A stretch of 64,000 nt of DNA from Leidyana gryllorum EB-2025a (taxonomy: Eukaryota > Protista > Apicomplexa): the NCBI GenBank assembly GCA_048772705.1, contig JBLWGC010000230.1, forward strand, positions 558,001 through 622,000, read 5' to 3'. The notes beneath the pieces were generated by a model. The model ran no database searches. It saw only the letters and a list, made by a program, of their open reading frames with translations, and was not told where the DNA came from. The translations under genes were made by a program, and so were the position numbers. Below are positions 12,717-25,191 of the stretch, piece after piece (position 1 is the first letter of the stretch; each line of letters opens with the position of its first letter).

Positions 12717-15700
12717 TCAGACGCTTGCAGCCGCCCGTTTCGCCTCGTGATTATTCAATTCAACTTCAATCTTTTGCATCTGCGAACATATAATGTCAGG
12801 AAAGATGTGTGCGCACACGATTTACTCACCAATGTAGTCATATCATTGCCCCCAACCGCGCTTGACATTTGCTGTGAAAAGTCACGGAAGAAGTTCTGCG
12901 CCACCGCCAGCTCCACCACAGCGTCTAAAGGCGACATGCGCGTACCCAACTGATCGACCCTGTAAATTGAAATATGAATTTAAGAAGGCAACGGATTTTC
13001 GGGGGGCTTACTCAATGCCATACTCTTCATCATCATCATCATCCTCATCGGCAGCCATATTGGCCTTCTTGAGATTTTCCATTATCTTCTGATTGAAGAC
13101 GCTCAAGCACTGAGCGTCTTCGTTTTCACTTAGCTCTTGTTCGCTGTCCAACTCCAGGACTTGGTCACCGTCATCGCTATCATCTCCGATGTGTTTGATG
13201 AACTCAACAGTGACGGTGGCGATATCGACGAGTAAATCTTTGGCGCCTTCCCGATAGATTGCTGGCAGAATCTTGGAGATATTGCCACTCTCAGGGGTGA
13301 CAGACTCTTGATGAATGGCTCGGATAACCTTCATCATTGTCAAGAGCCAGATCTTGCGGCTGTCATTGGTGGTCAGAAGTGCGGTATCCAACCACAAACC
13401 TTCTGGACCTGTCACATTCTCAATAATGTTCAGCTTCTCACACAAAGCTAAGGCAGCAGGCAGGTCAGCGTAGGCCAAAGTCAACATGATCTTGTTCAGG
13501 AATGTCTTCATACTTTTGCTCACAGGCTGGGGAGGATGACGAATGAACGCCCAGACATCCTCTAAGAGTTGGACCACCAACCGGTCCACAACAGTCAGAC
13601 GCTCAACAAAATTGTCCACGAGGATCCAAACCATAGGTATGGCGAAAGCTGGTCCATCTGGATCAATGTCGTATCCCTTGAGAGCCTTGATGGTGAGTTC
13701 GTAGTACATCTGCTGATAGGTCTTGGTGACGGGAACCCATTGACTAGTCTCCTCATTGTAAACACCAATCGTGGTGGTTCCAGCGACAAATGTATCCTGA
13801 TCCCGATTCAGATAGTTATCCAGCACGGCCACCAGACTTCTGACTTCGTCCACAGCCCAGCCGGCACTGAAAACGGGGCTCAGCTGATCGTAATGAGTGG
13901 TACGGCCACCGCATACTGACTGATACATCCGCTCGTAGTACTTCCACAGGGCTGGGGGATACTGTGGCTGACCGGTGGGTCCGACTGAAGTGGGCACATA
14001 GAAAGTGACCATCGCAAGACACTCCATAACATCGTCCATGTAGTCCAAGCAGTCTGGACGCATCATGGTGTCGAAGAAGACGTCCAATTTAGGCAGCAAC
14101 TGCAGAATCAAGCCGTTGAATTTGACGTCCGATAAAGCAGTGAGGATGGTGGAGATGGCTCGACATATCACCATAATGGTGAATGTGGAGTTCTCGTCGT
14201 CCACTCCGACACCTCTCATACTCGATGGGGAGTTGTCTGGAGTGGAGTTGCTCACAGCGTTCTCGGCGTCCTCGTTGCTCTTCAGCACGAATTTGACCAA
14301 TGTGTCAATGAGAATGGCTATAATGCGTTCACTGTGGGCGGGGATGTCCTCGGCAAAGTAAGAGATCAAAATGTCCAGAGTGGTCACCACACAGTCGTAC
14401 TCGGCGACCTCCAGAACGTTGAGGATCTTATCCAAAATAGCCAAAAGGTTCTGTTGAATGTAAGATCGGAGCCCCTGGTGCGGGATCGAGAAGAAGGCTC
14501 CAATGGCGGTGATGCCAGCGATGCGAACCGGCAGGTCCTCAGCGTGGACGATGCAGTTATTCACAATAGCATCCAATATTTGGACGATCAGAGTGGGATC
14601 GCTGAATTGACCGGTCTGAGCCATCACAGAATAATCGTCGTTCAGGAGTCGCTCGAGGGTCAAACAGATACGCCGCTTCAACAATTTGTCACCAGAACCT
14701 CCCGGGTATATCAGGTCGGGCAGCATATACATCCGCATAATGCTTTCGATCTCGGCCTTGCGTTTCTTCCCGCAAATACGCTCCGCAAAGACACCAATCA
14801 TGTGAAGAGCGCCTTCCTTTCTACGGCTTGCGTATTTCATGGGACCCTTCATTTCCTCAGGCACGGTGGAGTACTCCTTGAGAATGCCCTCACAGAAAGT
14901 AGCGACCGGTGCCAAAAAGTCCTTACTTCTCAGTCTCATAATCGCTTTCAACAGACCGGACGCTGCCTCACGCGGACTGTTGCACTGCTCGAAAAAGTCG
15001 TTAGTCTTCCTCAAGAAGTCCATTGGATCTGATTCCCACAGATCCACGTCCTCTTGATCGTAACACAGCCAAGGATGGACCACATCAACGATCAGAAACT
15101 CCACGTGCGGCTTGATGACTTGATAAGCCCCGGCCAGTTGCAGAGCGTTCATGAAGTACTCCAAAAGGATTGCTTGCAGCCGGAGGGACAGGAAAGTAGT
15201 CGTCGGGTCATTGTCTCCGAGACGGTCCTCCTGAGCCACTTTGGCGCGCATATCAACCAACTGCCTCTGGACAGCCAACAAGCACTCCAAAAGAGGCAGT
15301 GCCCAACGCTCGGCAAAAGGCTTCGCTATCAGAGTCGCTTCCACTGAAGCACTCGACATTTTGGTCTTTGAAGTGGCAAACCGGCTAAAGAAGCGTCTGA
15401 GAGTCTGCAAAGACCACTTCTTAGCTTTCATTGCGTAGGAATCGTCTCCTGCCTGATCCGCGGGGATTGGAGTCACAATGACTTGCTTCATCAAGCTCAT
15501 ATACCCATCCAATGTGGTCACCAAAGCTTGGGATTTGACCAAGCCGATGTTGCTCAACACGTAATAGATCTTGCAAACCATCTTGATGATGTAACTCGAC
15601 TCCTTGTTTACAAAGAGGTTCTGCAAACCGATGTCGTTACCACACTTCAACAGCAATGGTAAGACAGTGTCTGCGATTTGGTTCAGTCTGGAGGTGTCTG

Positions 15701-16348
15701 CTGCTTGATCAGCCTTCAACAGCTCAAACTTGCCACAGATACGGCGCAGAATCGTCAAACCACTGATGAGCACCGTTACGTTCTCCCTTTGTTGGATCGC
15801 TTCAATAACGGCTCCTCCAACTTGGCTCCAGCGCTCGGGGAAGTCATGAATAATCATCCATTTGATCGCTTCCTCAACTTGACGACGTAGTTGAGGCTGA
15901 TCAATTGGCAGTTCCGTGTAAATTGCCAAAATCTGGTTGCGGACCAGCTGCTTCTCGCTTTCCTCGTAAGTTCTAGTCATCATGCCTCCCTCCTTTGCAG
16001 TGGCCTCAATTTGCGCATCAAAGGTCAGTTTGGTGAATGTCACCCAATGCATCCGAATTTGGTTCTTCAGTGTGATTGCGGCTGTGACTCGCAGGGCCAC
16101 ATCGGCCGAGGGCTCCTTGACCACAGCAAGGAGGCTTCCAAGATAGCCTGGGCATAGCTCGCACTGCCAAGTAGCACACGCGTGTGCGTCAATCTGACGG
16201 AGGAGTCTGACATACCTTTCTCAAGAACTGCTCAGCTGTTGACCGATCAGTGGCCGAATTCGACAGCGAGTTGACCAGTGCTGTAAGATGACATACTTTG
16301 GGGTCTGTGAGCGGATGTCTTACCCTCTATCAAAGCCGGACTGGCCAT
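12717..16348 (-). CDS. Importin-7/8 (RanBP7/SAD2-like) karyopherin, spliced
   Basis: IBN_N AAITLKNQIRMHW, HDFPERW, AKKWSL, LWESDPMDFLRK, SPREAA, KEGALHMIG, acidic C-terminus; short 5' exons from ATG 16348. Confidence 0.9.
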
Positions 16349-16721
16349 CTCCACAACCAAACCTCAACAAATTTTTGGACTGGGGGGGATTGACTACTCG
16401 CCTTAGCTACAGCCCAGGTGGGCGTCCAAATGGCGCATAAGCCGTTCAGTTGGTAGTGAATCGCGTTTGGCTGGTTGGGTGATGGTGACTACTTCCTCAG
16501 GGAAGCCTGCTTTGGTGCGAGAAGCACATCGTCAGGTAGTATCAGGTAGCGCTCGTTAGCACTATGACAGTCAGTAGGAGTGTAGGAAAACAAATATACG
16601 ACTGTGATCAGAATCTTGGATGATCAAGCGACTTTGACGGCAAGAGCTGGTCTCCCCTACCGAATGTCGAGTAAGGATGGAGGCCTTGAGGTCAGGGTGA
16701 CTTTTTTTCTTGAAGGATGAC

Positions 16722-18283
16722 ATGAGTGAGCGGAGCGAACCCTGGATACTGGAGGTTGGCCACCACAAGACTAGGCTTGGACTGTCTGGGGAGGTCAAGC
16801 CGGCGGTCGTGGAGCCTTCGGTGAGTTGGTTTATGCGAGGTGGAAATGAATGGGGGTTTTGAACAGGTGGTTGGAGCACCGCGGGTTCCGGATGACCTGT
16901 CTTTGAGGGAAACGGGCCTATGGCCATTGTCGCCAGCTGTGAAAATGGACCATACGTTTCTGACACATCCGCTGACAGGATCGATGGAGACTATGTTCTC
17001 ATCAAGTTCGTCTGGGAGTGACTTTCAACGTGAGTCCAGGGATTGTATCGCCTTGTCCACCATTCTGATATCACAGCGAATGGCGAAGCGCTGTATACTA
17101 TACTGAAGAGCAGTATTGAGAAGATGGGTGAGCTGTGGTTCGTTTGGTCGCTTGCGCGGTGACCTCATCATTCACGTACAGATAGAGATTCTTTGAAGGG
17201 CTCAAAGTGTTTGGTGATAGAGCCAACGATGGGTTTGCGGTAAGAGCTTCTTGCGGACCGGACACAAACTCGGTGTGTGCGTGCGGTTGTGTACAGAGGA
17301 TATCGAGAGGTTGTGAGCGAGCTGTTGTTTGAGCAATTCGGCTTGGAGTCGGTACTGTTTCAGAAGAGCAGTTCTTTGGCACTGTATGCGTGCGCGCGAA
17401 CGTCGGGAGTGAACATTGATCTTGGATATCGAGGAGTGGTAGTGAGCGGCATCCAGGAGGGCATGGTGTCTCCAGCGTGTGAGTGTTTCCAGGGGTTGTT
17501 ATCAGTCATCTTTCACTGTGCAGCGACTGTGATGATGCCAACGGGCGGCTGTCACGTGCTGAATACGTTGTTGGCTGAGCTGTCGCATCGGGGGCTGGAT
17601 CTCCCGCCATACTACGAGGCTCTGAGTGATCATGTCCACCATCATCCGTTTGTGGAGGAAGACTATCGGTCGTGGGCCATACGTGCGACGGCGGAAACGC
17701 TGTTGTTTGGGAAGGAGGAGGAACAAGAAGATGTGATTGGGAAACTGCCGGACGGCGAGCTGGTGAGGAAGCTGACACGTGACATCAAGATGGCTGGGAT
17801 TGTGGTGAACAACACACGCGATTCTCGAGGTGGCACATTGGGTGATGTGGTGGGCTCCGTCGTGGATGCTTCAGGGTTCACTGGGAACACGTGAGCTGAT
17901 ACCTCTTTGACGTTCACTGATTTTGTCGCTCTGTTTGCAGTGATATCTTGAACACCCTAGTTGTGAGTGGGGGGATGTCGCGTTCAGACAGTGTGCTGGA
18001 GGGAGTTCGAAACTGTATTCGGGAAGCGCAGGAGAATTGTCAGCCGCATCCCGACTTTATGGGAGGTCTGCCGTGTATCGATATAGCCCAGTGGGATCTG
18101 GAGAAAGCGACCCCTTTACCGTGGGGTTGGCGACTTTTATATCCAAAAGACAAGGAGGAGCGGACATTAGCGCCGTACATCGGTGCATCTATTCTGGGAT
18201 CTTTGGCTGTCTTTGATGCCGTGGCAGTGGATCGCCGGGCGTACGTTGAACAAGGTGCACGGGCTTTTGGATCACTCATCTAA
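16722..18283 (+). CDS. Actin-related protein, ARP4-like (divergent), spliced
   Basis: ILEVGHHKTRLGLSGE, SELLFEQFG, LALYACARTSGVNIDLG, GKLPDG, VVSGGMS, YIGASILGSL, YVEQG actin-fold motifs. Confidence 0.75.
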
Positions 18284-18294
18284 GAAACAACAAC

Positions 18295-21200
18295 CTATCT
18301 ACTGAAAGCATCATTCCATTGGGCGGATATGCTCGCTATGACCTGTTTGTCAACAGGTTGGATACAGTCATGCCACTGCTGCAGTATTCTACTCTGAACC
18401 CTCTCTCTTTGCCAATCCTTGAGACACATCTCAAACAAAGAACCCAAACGCAGATGCATCCGTGTTCGGGCCTCATCAGACAGTGTGTCCCGGCGCTGCT
18501 TTTTGGTCAAGTAATTGGCAGCCCACACCAACATCTCCCAACGGTCCGCCCTACTTGCTCGAGCTAACGCTTCTTGGCCTCGTGCTTTACCTTTCTTGAT
18601 ATATCCCCGGGTCAGCTCTTGGAGACTCTCAACCACCTCCCCCACATTAGTCATCTCCTCCCCGCCCTCAATCGCCGTCTCTGGCGCTGTCTCATACCCC
18701 TGCGACTCCAACGAACTCGTCGACACAGACAGCTGAGAACAGCTTGACCAGTTGCTCAGAGAGTCAGATGGCCCCACACCGCTTTCGTCTGGAAGCCGGG
18801 CCCTAAGCATCTCTGCCAACTCCTCGGGAGTGTAAAGATCCTCTCCACAGTTAGCTCTCCACAAACAGCTCATGTGCTGACTCTCGTCGTCCTTGTTCGG
18901 CCGCCCCAACACCATCACCGGCAACCCCAACTTGGACAACATCAAAGTCGCGCCCCAACTGCCAATCCTCTCCACCGCAAGCTGCCCATCCACCACATTC
19001 AGACAAAGGTACAAGTGACCGTTGAACAGCTTTTCATCAGACAGCTCGAAAAGGCTACAAATCTCTGCCGCGCTCAACCCTGTCGGGTGTTGAACTTTCT
19101 TGTACTTCTCTTCATGTAACATCCAATCCTCCCAATCCTCAATACTCTCCAACAAAGCGGCTCGCACTCGTGCCACCGTCTCCTGTGGCGCAGGCGCCGT
19201 CACTGCCAGAGGCTGCAGTGCGCTCGCCTCTGACTCGCTCAACTGGTACTCCATCCGCTTGAACCTCTTGCAGAGTATGGGATACAAATCATGCAGACTT
19301 TGGCGACTGCCGTCCACACAATGCAGAACTCGTAAAATGTCAGTTATGACAGAATTCAACCTCACAGCAATTCGCTGCCCCTTATACAACGTAATATAAC
19401 TCCCCGGGCCCTTGGCCATATGATACTGTTGAGGTGCCAACGCATCAGAAGCCCGCGCCTCAACCTTCCATCCATCAACGTGATATTGCCGCGACATTCT
19501 ACAGATCGATCGCACCACGTCACCACCAACCATTTGACGAATGTCAAACTTGTTAGCGTTGAACAAAAGTCGAATATGATCCGCCAGTGGATGCTGGTCC
19601 ACCAGAGGACATGTCCCTCTCGACCCCGACCCACTGTGCGAGCCTCCCACGCTCCTCATAAGAAGCTCCTCCAACGTCTCTTCCTCCACCGGAGCCAACA
19701 GAACCCCCTTACGGCTCGTCTTCCATGAACGGGACTTGGAACTTGAAGAAGTGGGGCTCTGATCCACAAACAACTTATTCGCGGCGACAGGGTATTTATA
19801 ACCAGAAACGGCTCGTCCGATAAAGCAATGAGACAAAGGCCGACCTTGATGCACTGCTGGAATCTTGTACAGAAACTCAAACTTCCCACACCCAAGCAAC
19901 ATGAAGAGCTCCTTAGGTTGTTTCTTCGTCCGGAACTTCACACCATAAACTGTTTTGCCCTGCGCTGAGTCCTCGATGGAAACAATGTTCACAAGGCTCA
20001 AGTCAGATGCTTGACTCAATCTGCCAACACAAAGAGGGCTTTGGGCCACCTTTTTCAGTATGCGAGAGGTAATCTCGAGATTGAGCGGCATCTCGACATG
20101 TGAGAGGCTGCTGATAGTGACTTTATCGTTGAGAGATTCGGGTGTACCCAACGACTCCATCAGTTCCCGGTGCATTTTGCCCACCAAAGAAATGTCAGCT
20201 TTCTGACTCCGGGTTTCCGGATTGGTCAATGCTGCGCGGACATACTGCGGTTCCACCCACAGAGTAAGTGGCGCCGTTTGAGCTGTATATCTCTTGGGCA
20301 CATCGTACAGGGCATCATGCACCGTTCCGCACACGACGGCGTTCTGATTGCTGACGGCTTGGATGTCGCCCCTCATTGTCTGTCTAATTCGGATTCGGTC
20401 TCCCAACTCAGGGTGGGTCTGACTGAATATCTTGGCGACCACAGCATACGATCCCTCTGACATTGCTTGAAGAGCTTCAACTTCATCCAAAGACAAGAAA
20501 ACCGTGTAGCTCATTCCACCCACACGTGTGTGCGGGGTGGAGACAGCTGTGACCCCTCTCAATGAGTGTGTCCCATCTTCGTTCGAGACAATTCGGGCCT
20601 GCCATGCTCGTGCAGCCGTCCGATTTGTCATGTCCACGAAGCCATGAGTGTAGAAATCATAGTAACATCCAGCCTTGACCTCATGATCCCATTCATCTTC
20701 TGTGGTGAAGGTTAATCGCACAGCTTCCGAGGTTTCCCCTTCTGCTGGCATCCATCGACCTCTTTGATCGACCTGAGCGAACTGGACGTCTTTGGGCATA
20801 TCCGTTGATCCCTTTGGCAGGACTACAACGGCTTCGAGGGGATGGAACCCATCAAAGTGAACTGCTGTATGGAAGTAACCCATATCAGCCACGAAGGCAT
20901 CGATACTTTGTTTTCTGGCACCCAGGTCGCTTGGCAGAGGTAAGACAGATGCGTAAGTTCGAGATCGTGACGTGCTCTCCGGTCGGCCAGCACCCTGGGT
21001 AGAAGAGTACGGTTGGAGACTAGTCAGATCAAAGCTTTTGAGATCCTCTCCTTCCAGCAAGAGGAAGTGCGATGGATCTTCCAGAACGCCTAAAGCGTAC
21101 ATCACACGAACAGAATTGAGCCGCTGCTTCATGAAACCCAAGCTGTTCACATCAATTGGGATGACGAAATGTTTCTGATAGGAATCTTCTCTCACGCATT

Positions 21201-24200
21201 CATCAACCCGAGCTTTCCAAGCTTGGAGACGCTGGAAATTCGTAGGGTTGGCGTTTGCATCAGCTTCTTCGAGAGCCACTGTGCTTACAACACGCGAGCC
21301 TGAAATTTGAAGGGAGCACTTTTTAACGTTGGGCATTTCCCCCTTGAAGGTCGTCCGTGGGGATGGAATAGACGGTACTCTGCGAGCATCGCGGAGGTAG
21401 GCATAGTAATCGCTGACGATTCGTAGATCTTCGGTGCTGAGTTGGAGAGACTCCCGGAACGTGATGTCGCTATGGAGCATGTTGGCAAGTTTGATGTGAG
21501 CCGTTCGGTTTTGGTTGATGCGTGGCCAGGTAAGGAGAGTGAGGACGCGTAGTTGTCGCATGATATCGTCGAGCGTATTCTTATCCACCGGTGCTTTCAC
21601 GGATCGGGCCCTGGTGAAGTTCTCGCAGAGCGAGGTGAATTGGACGGCCAGATCGTCGGTTTTTGTTGGGAAGGGCGCGTCCCAAGGATTAGACTCCCGA
21701 ATGTTCCGGAGCCACAGCTCTTGAGCAGGTGACACTTTTCCATCCTTCAAAAGGAAGCCAAGTCGCATCAGAGCAGCCCAACAGGCCCAGCCAGCCGGTC
21801 CCGGGCCGTGCAGAGCGCTGCGTGTTGGGGCTATATGGTGTACAGGCAACATGAGAAAGCTCGCGATACCCGCTAATCCGCGGTTGATGTTCGAGATTGC
21901 CTTGCACAACGGTTCGACCTCAATCCCAGGTCGCAAGATTTTTTCTTGATGGGCTTGATACATGTTTGAAGCCAAAGAGTACCATTTCTCCAGTGCGTCA
22001 CTGTTCCCCTCTGCGGCAACGACCTGATTTGCCAAGGACTGGAGGAATTCGGCAAAGTGAGGGGCGATTGTATTCTCCCATCCTCTCTTGGATGCGTCAA
22101 TCGCGTTCGGGAAGAGAGGGGACAAGTCGGGTAATCGTAGTGAGGGGGAGTCGGGGTCCAGTCGTCTCAGAAGACTTTTAGATTTGACGAATTGCGGAAT
22201 TGTCCTCTTGGCGACCGCCTGCTTCAAGTTGATGCGTTCAGTATCTGGTGTCCGCTCTGCCAGGCTGGTATCATTCAGGAGTTCCTGTGGATAGAGCCAA
22301 TTGAAACGTTTTCCTCTGATCTCCTGTGGAAAGGCGTTGAAGACGTCCTCGGGTGTGAACACGCTTCCTTTATCCTCCTGGTGGAGCTTCGACACCTCGA
22401 GAAAGAGGGGCGGCGGTATCACGTGATAAAGTTTCTTAGTCTTGGCGTGTTTCCAGCATGTCAAGTTTCCTCCTCGCAAAGCTTCATACTCCACGGCACC
22501 GATTGGCAAGACGACCTGTTTCGCTTGCACTGCCTGTCCGTCGCGATGGTTTTGTGTCCGCAAACGCTTAATAAGGACTTCGGACTCGTTTGGGACGTCC
22601 GCTAACTCGTGAACTTCGCCAAAGATATCGTGTTTCTCGAATAATACATCCCATTGATCGAAGGTCAATACCGACCCTGGCGTCTTGGGCAAGTCGCGCT
22701 GTATTTCGACAGGTGACTGTACATTTGGTACTGCCAATTGCTCCGAGTCTGACACTGAATCTTCTGCAATCTCAAGGTGCTCGGATTGCAGCTCTTGTCG
22801 GACCTCCTCAGAGCGGTGACTAGTTTCACCTGTACCCACTTGGTTCTCGGGCATGAAAATGACCGATTCGCATGGTGACTCTTCGCTCTGGCCTTGCAGA
22901 GCCTCCCTAACTGTCCCCTCAGTGCTTCCATCTGACAATGTGATTGACTCGGGATCTGACGTTTCCTCGCCTCTGTCAGACGTATCGGCGGGTGTAGCCA
23001 GATGCTGACAAGCGATATTTTCTTGGTCATAACCGATGGTCGGTGAACTTTCTGGTACAGGGGAGCGAACCCCAAAAACAGGCGACGGGCCCCGAGACGC
23101 GTGACGAGCCTCTTCCAGTCCCAAGAGGCTGTGGTCCTCGAACTCCGTGTCCGGCGACGGGGATCGAGAGGCATCGGGACTTTGACGGTCCAGTCCCGAA
23201 CGCCTGTGGTCCTGGAGCTCCGGGTCCGGCGACGGGCTCGAACATTCTTCCCCACTTTCTTCCAGTATTACTGGAAGCCCAAGGTCCTGCGAGTCCCAGA
23301 CGGGTGATGGGGTCCGAAATTCGTCTTCGCCCACCTCTCCGTTGGGTGACGGGGTCCGAGATCCGTTGGACCATTCTTCGTCTGCCACAACGTCAACAGC
23401 GTGTCGTGAGTACCAGTCCGGTGACGGGGACCGAGATGCGTTGTGCCATTCCTCTTGTGCCCCAATGTCTACAACCTGTTGTGGATTCCAGTCGGGTGAC
23501 TGAGATGTATTGCGCCATTCCTCTTGTGCCCCAACATCTACAACCTGTTGAGGGTCCCAGACGGGTGACGGGTCCCAAGATACGTCGGGAGCTTCTTCTG
23601 GTTCCGGACGGCTCAGGTGTACGGCTCCAGTCGGTACTCGGAACCTCGGTGTGTGTGGCACACCGTCATCTTTGCCTGCCCCCGCACGGGATTGCATGTT
23701 GGAGGTGGTGAAAACTTGCTCTCGGTCATTCTCCCACCACATTCTGTTGGAGGTGCTCGAGGTCACATTTTTGGACGACCATTCCGTGGACACGGTAGTG
23801 GACGAGTCGGTGGCCTGAGTCATGAGCTTTTCGTGTACAAATGGGAAACTTTGGTCAACCGAAGATTGGAGACCTCCAGTTATCCTCAGTGACTTGTCGG
23901 CCGACCCCGACTGCTGGAACTCGTAATCATGTAGTGAGGAGTGTTGGAACCGCGATGATCGATGGCGATCCGGGGTACAGCTCAGCTGGATATTCCCCGA
24001 CGACCTTGGACCCCTATCCTTCAAGAAAGCTAGAACCTCGGCTGGTGAAGACAGAGGCTTCACGGTGTCGGGCAGCGGTACCGTACGCGCGCCCACTGAT
24101 GGCTTGGAAGGACCCGAACCTGAAGAGCGGCACACATAGTTATTGTCAAGTTACTGCACACGTGTGCGATAGATGTTGGGGTGATAGGACTGGAGGGCGC

Positions 24201-24334
24201 AGACACTTACTTGAAGCCGCGTCCTGCGCAGAGGCTGCGCCTTGGGGATCGTTGGCAACATTGATTACCGACACAAACAAGAGGGCTGTTTGAGGTGTGC
24301 GAGACGTATGCTTGTGGCGCAAACGGACGCTCAT
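18295..24334 (-). CDS. Very large (~1980 aa) hypothetical protein: short exon 1 plus a 5.8 kb exon
   Basis: 1946-codon stop-free frame. GTAAGT..TTCAG intron 24120-24210 joins it in phase to ATG 24334. No family recognised. Confidence 0.8.
23040..23590 (-). repeat. Degenerate coding tandem repeats (SPSPxW.PQQVVDxGAQEEW; best-conserved copies 69 nt apart)
   Basis: gccattcctcttgtgccccaa..tctacaacctgttg occurs at 23445 and 23514; further decayed SPSP units flank them. Confidence 0.8.
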
Positions 24335-24361
24335 CACCCCCACACACACGCGCAACCAAAA

Positions 24362-25185
24362 TTATGCACCAAACAATTTCCGTGTCGACCAAATATTGGC
24401 ACATTGTAGTGCGACAAGCGCTGCGAGTCCTGCCGGACTTCCGCCCGTGACTTTGCCGAAGGTTTGACTAAATATCCATCCTGATAGACCAAGGGCTAGA
24501 TTGTCGGCTTTGCCCGTCAGAACCTCGACAAGAGTGGAAATGGCCGCAGCAGCAGTTGCGGCTGCAAATCCGGTCCAGTTATGCAGTACGGCGGGTACCC
24601 AATAGTGGTAGATGCCGTATAGGGAGGTGACAAAGAATGCCAGGGCACCTATTGACTAACCCGAGGCAAATTGTGACATTTCAGGGAACATGTAAAATGA
24701 CTCCTTACCGTTTTTCTACGTTGTGTTTGTCGCACGAGCTCTTGAGCAACGGGTGAAGTGGCAGCCGCGCGGTCGACGAGCTGTTTGAGGGTACCGGCGG
24801 TGGCAGCGGCTGGGTCTCCGGCGAATAGTGGCAAGAGCCATTTGTATTCGAGTTTTGTCCATCCAGCCACATTGACGACCAAAGCAAACAGCAGAACGCC
24901 GAGATCGAAACGTTGTATCAATCGTCGCCAGCCTCTCTTTTGAGCTTCATGAGGTCCATTTTGAGCCTTTTCAGCCTGAGTCTGGCCTGGCAGTATTGTC
25001 CACCACAGTACCAGCGCACTGGCTCCCGCGATTACCACCTTTGAGACAGTTGTGAGTGGCACCGGGGCCAGCATGAGTAGACATCCTGATAGCAGATGTA
25101 GAAACTTCCGAGCGATGAATGAAGGGAACCACCGCTCCAATATCCAACAGATACTCAACAAGAAGAAAACTTTGATTGGCCACAT
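24362..25185 (-). CDS. CTP-dependent prenol/dolichol kinase family membrane protein, paralog B
   Basis: RKFLHLLSG, GDPAAATAG, RKT|SIGALAF, VEVLTGKADNLAL; one intron; stop TAA at 24362-24364. Confidence 0.8.
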
Positions 25186-25191
25186 TGTTGA

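Noticed and set aside
1939-15032. Long antisense ORFs (e.g. 1939-2583, 11597-12196, 14334-15032; also 42842-43534 further on)
   Set aside because: Shadows of well-supported genes on the opposite strand, with no recognisable motifs.
16366-16390. Sm-site-like AATTTTTGG suggesting an snRNA
   Set aside because: No snRNA stems recognised; it matches the A/T tract found upstream of many start codons.
23040-23590. CRISPR-like repeat array
   Set aside because: Repeats are codon-phased, degenerate and inside a eukaryotic CDS, with no unique spacers or cas genes.
24207-24404. Upstream ATG 24404 giving the large orphan a signal peptide
   Set aside because: That ATG lies inside the last exon of kinase paralog B (stop 24362); ATG 24334 is more parsimonious, so secretion is not claimed.
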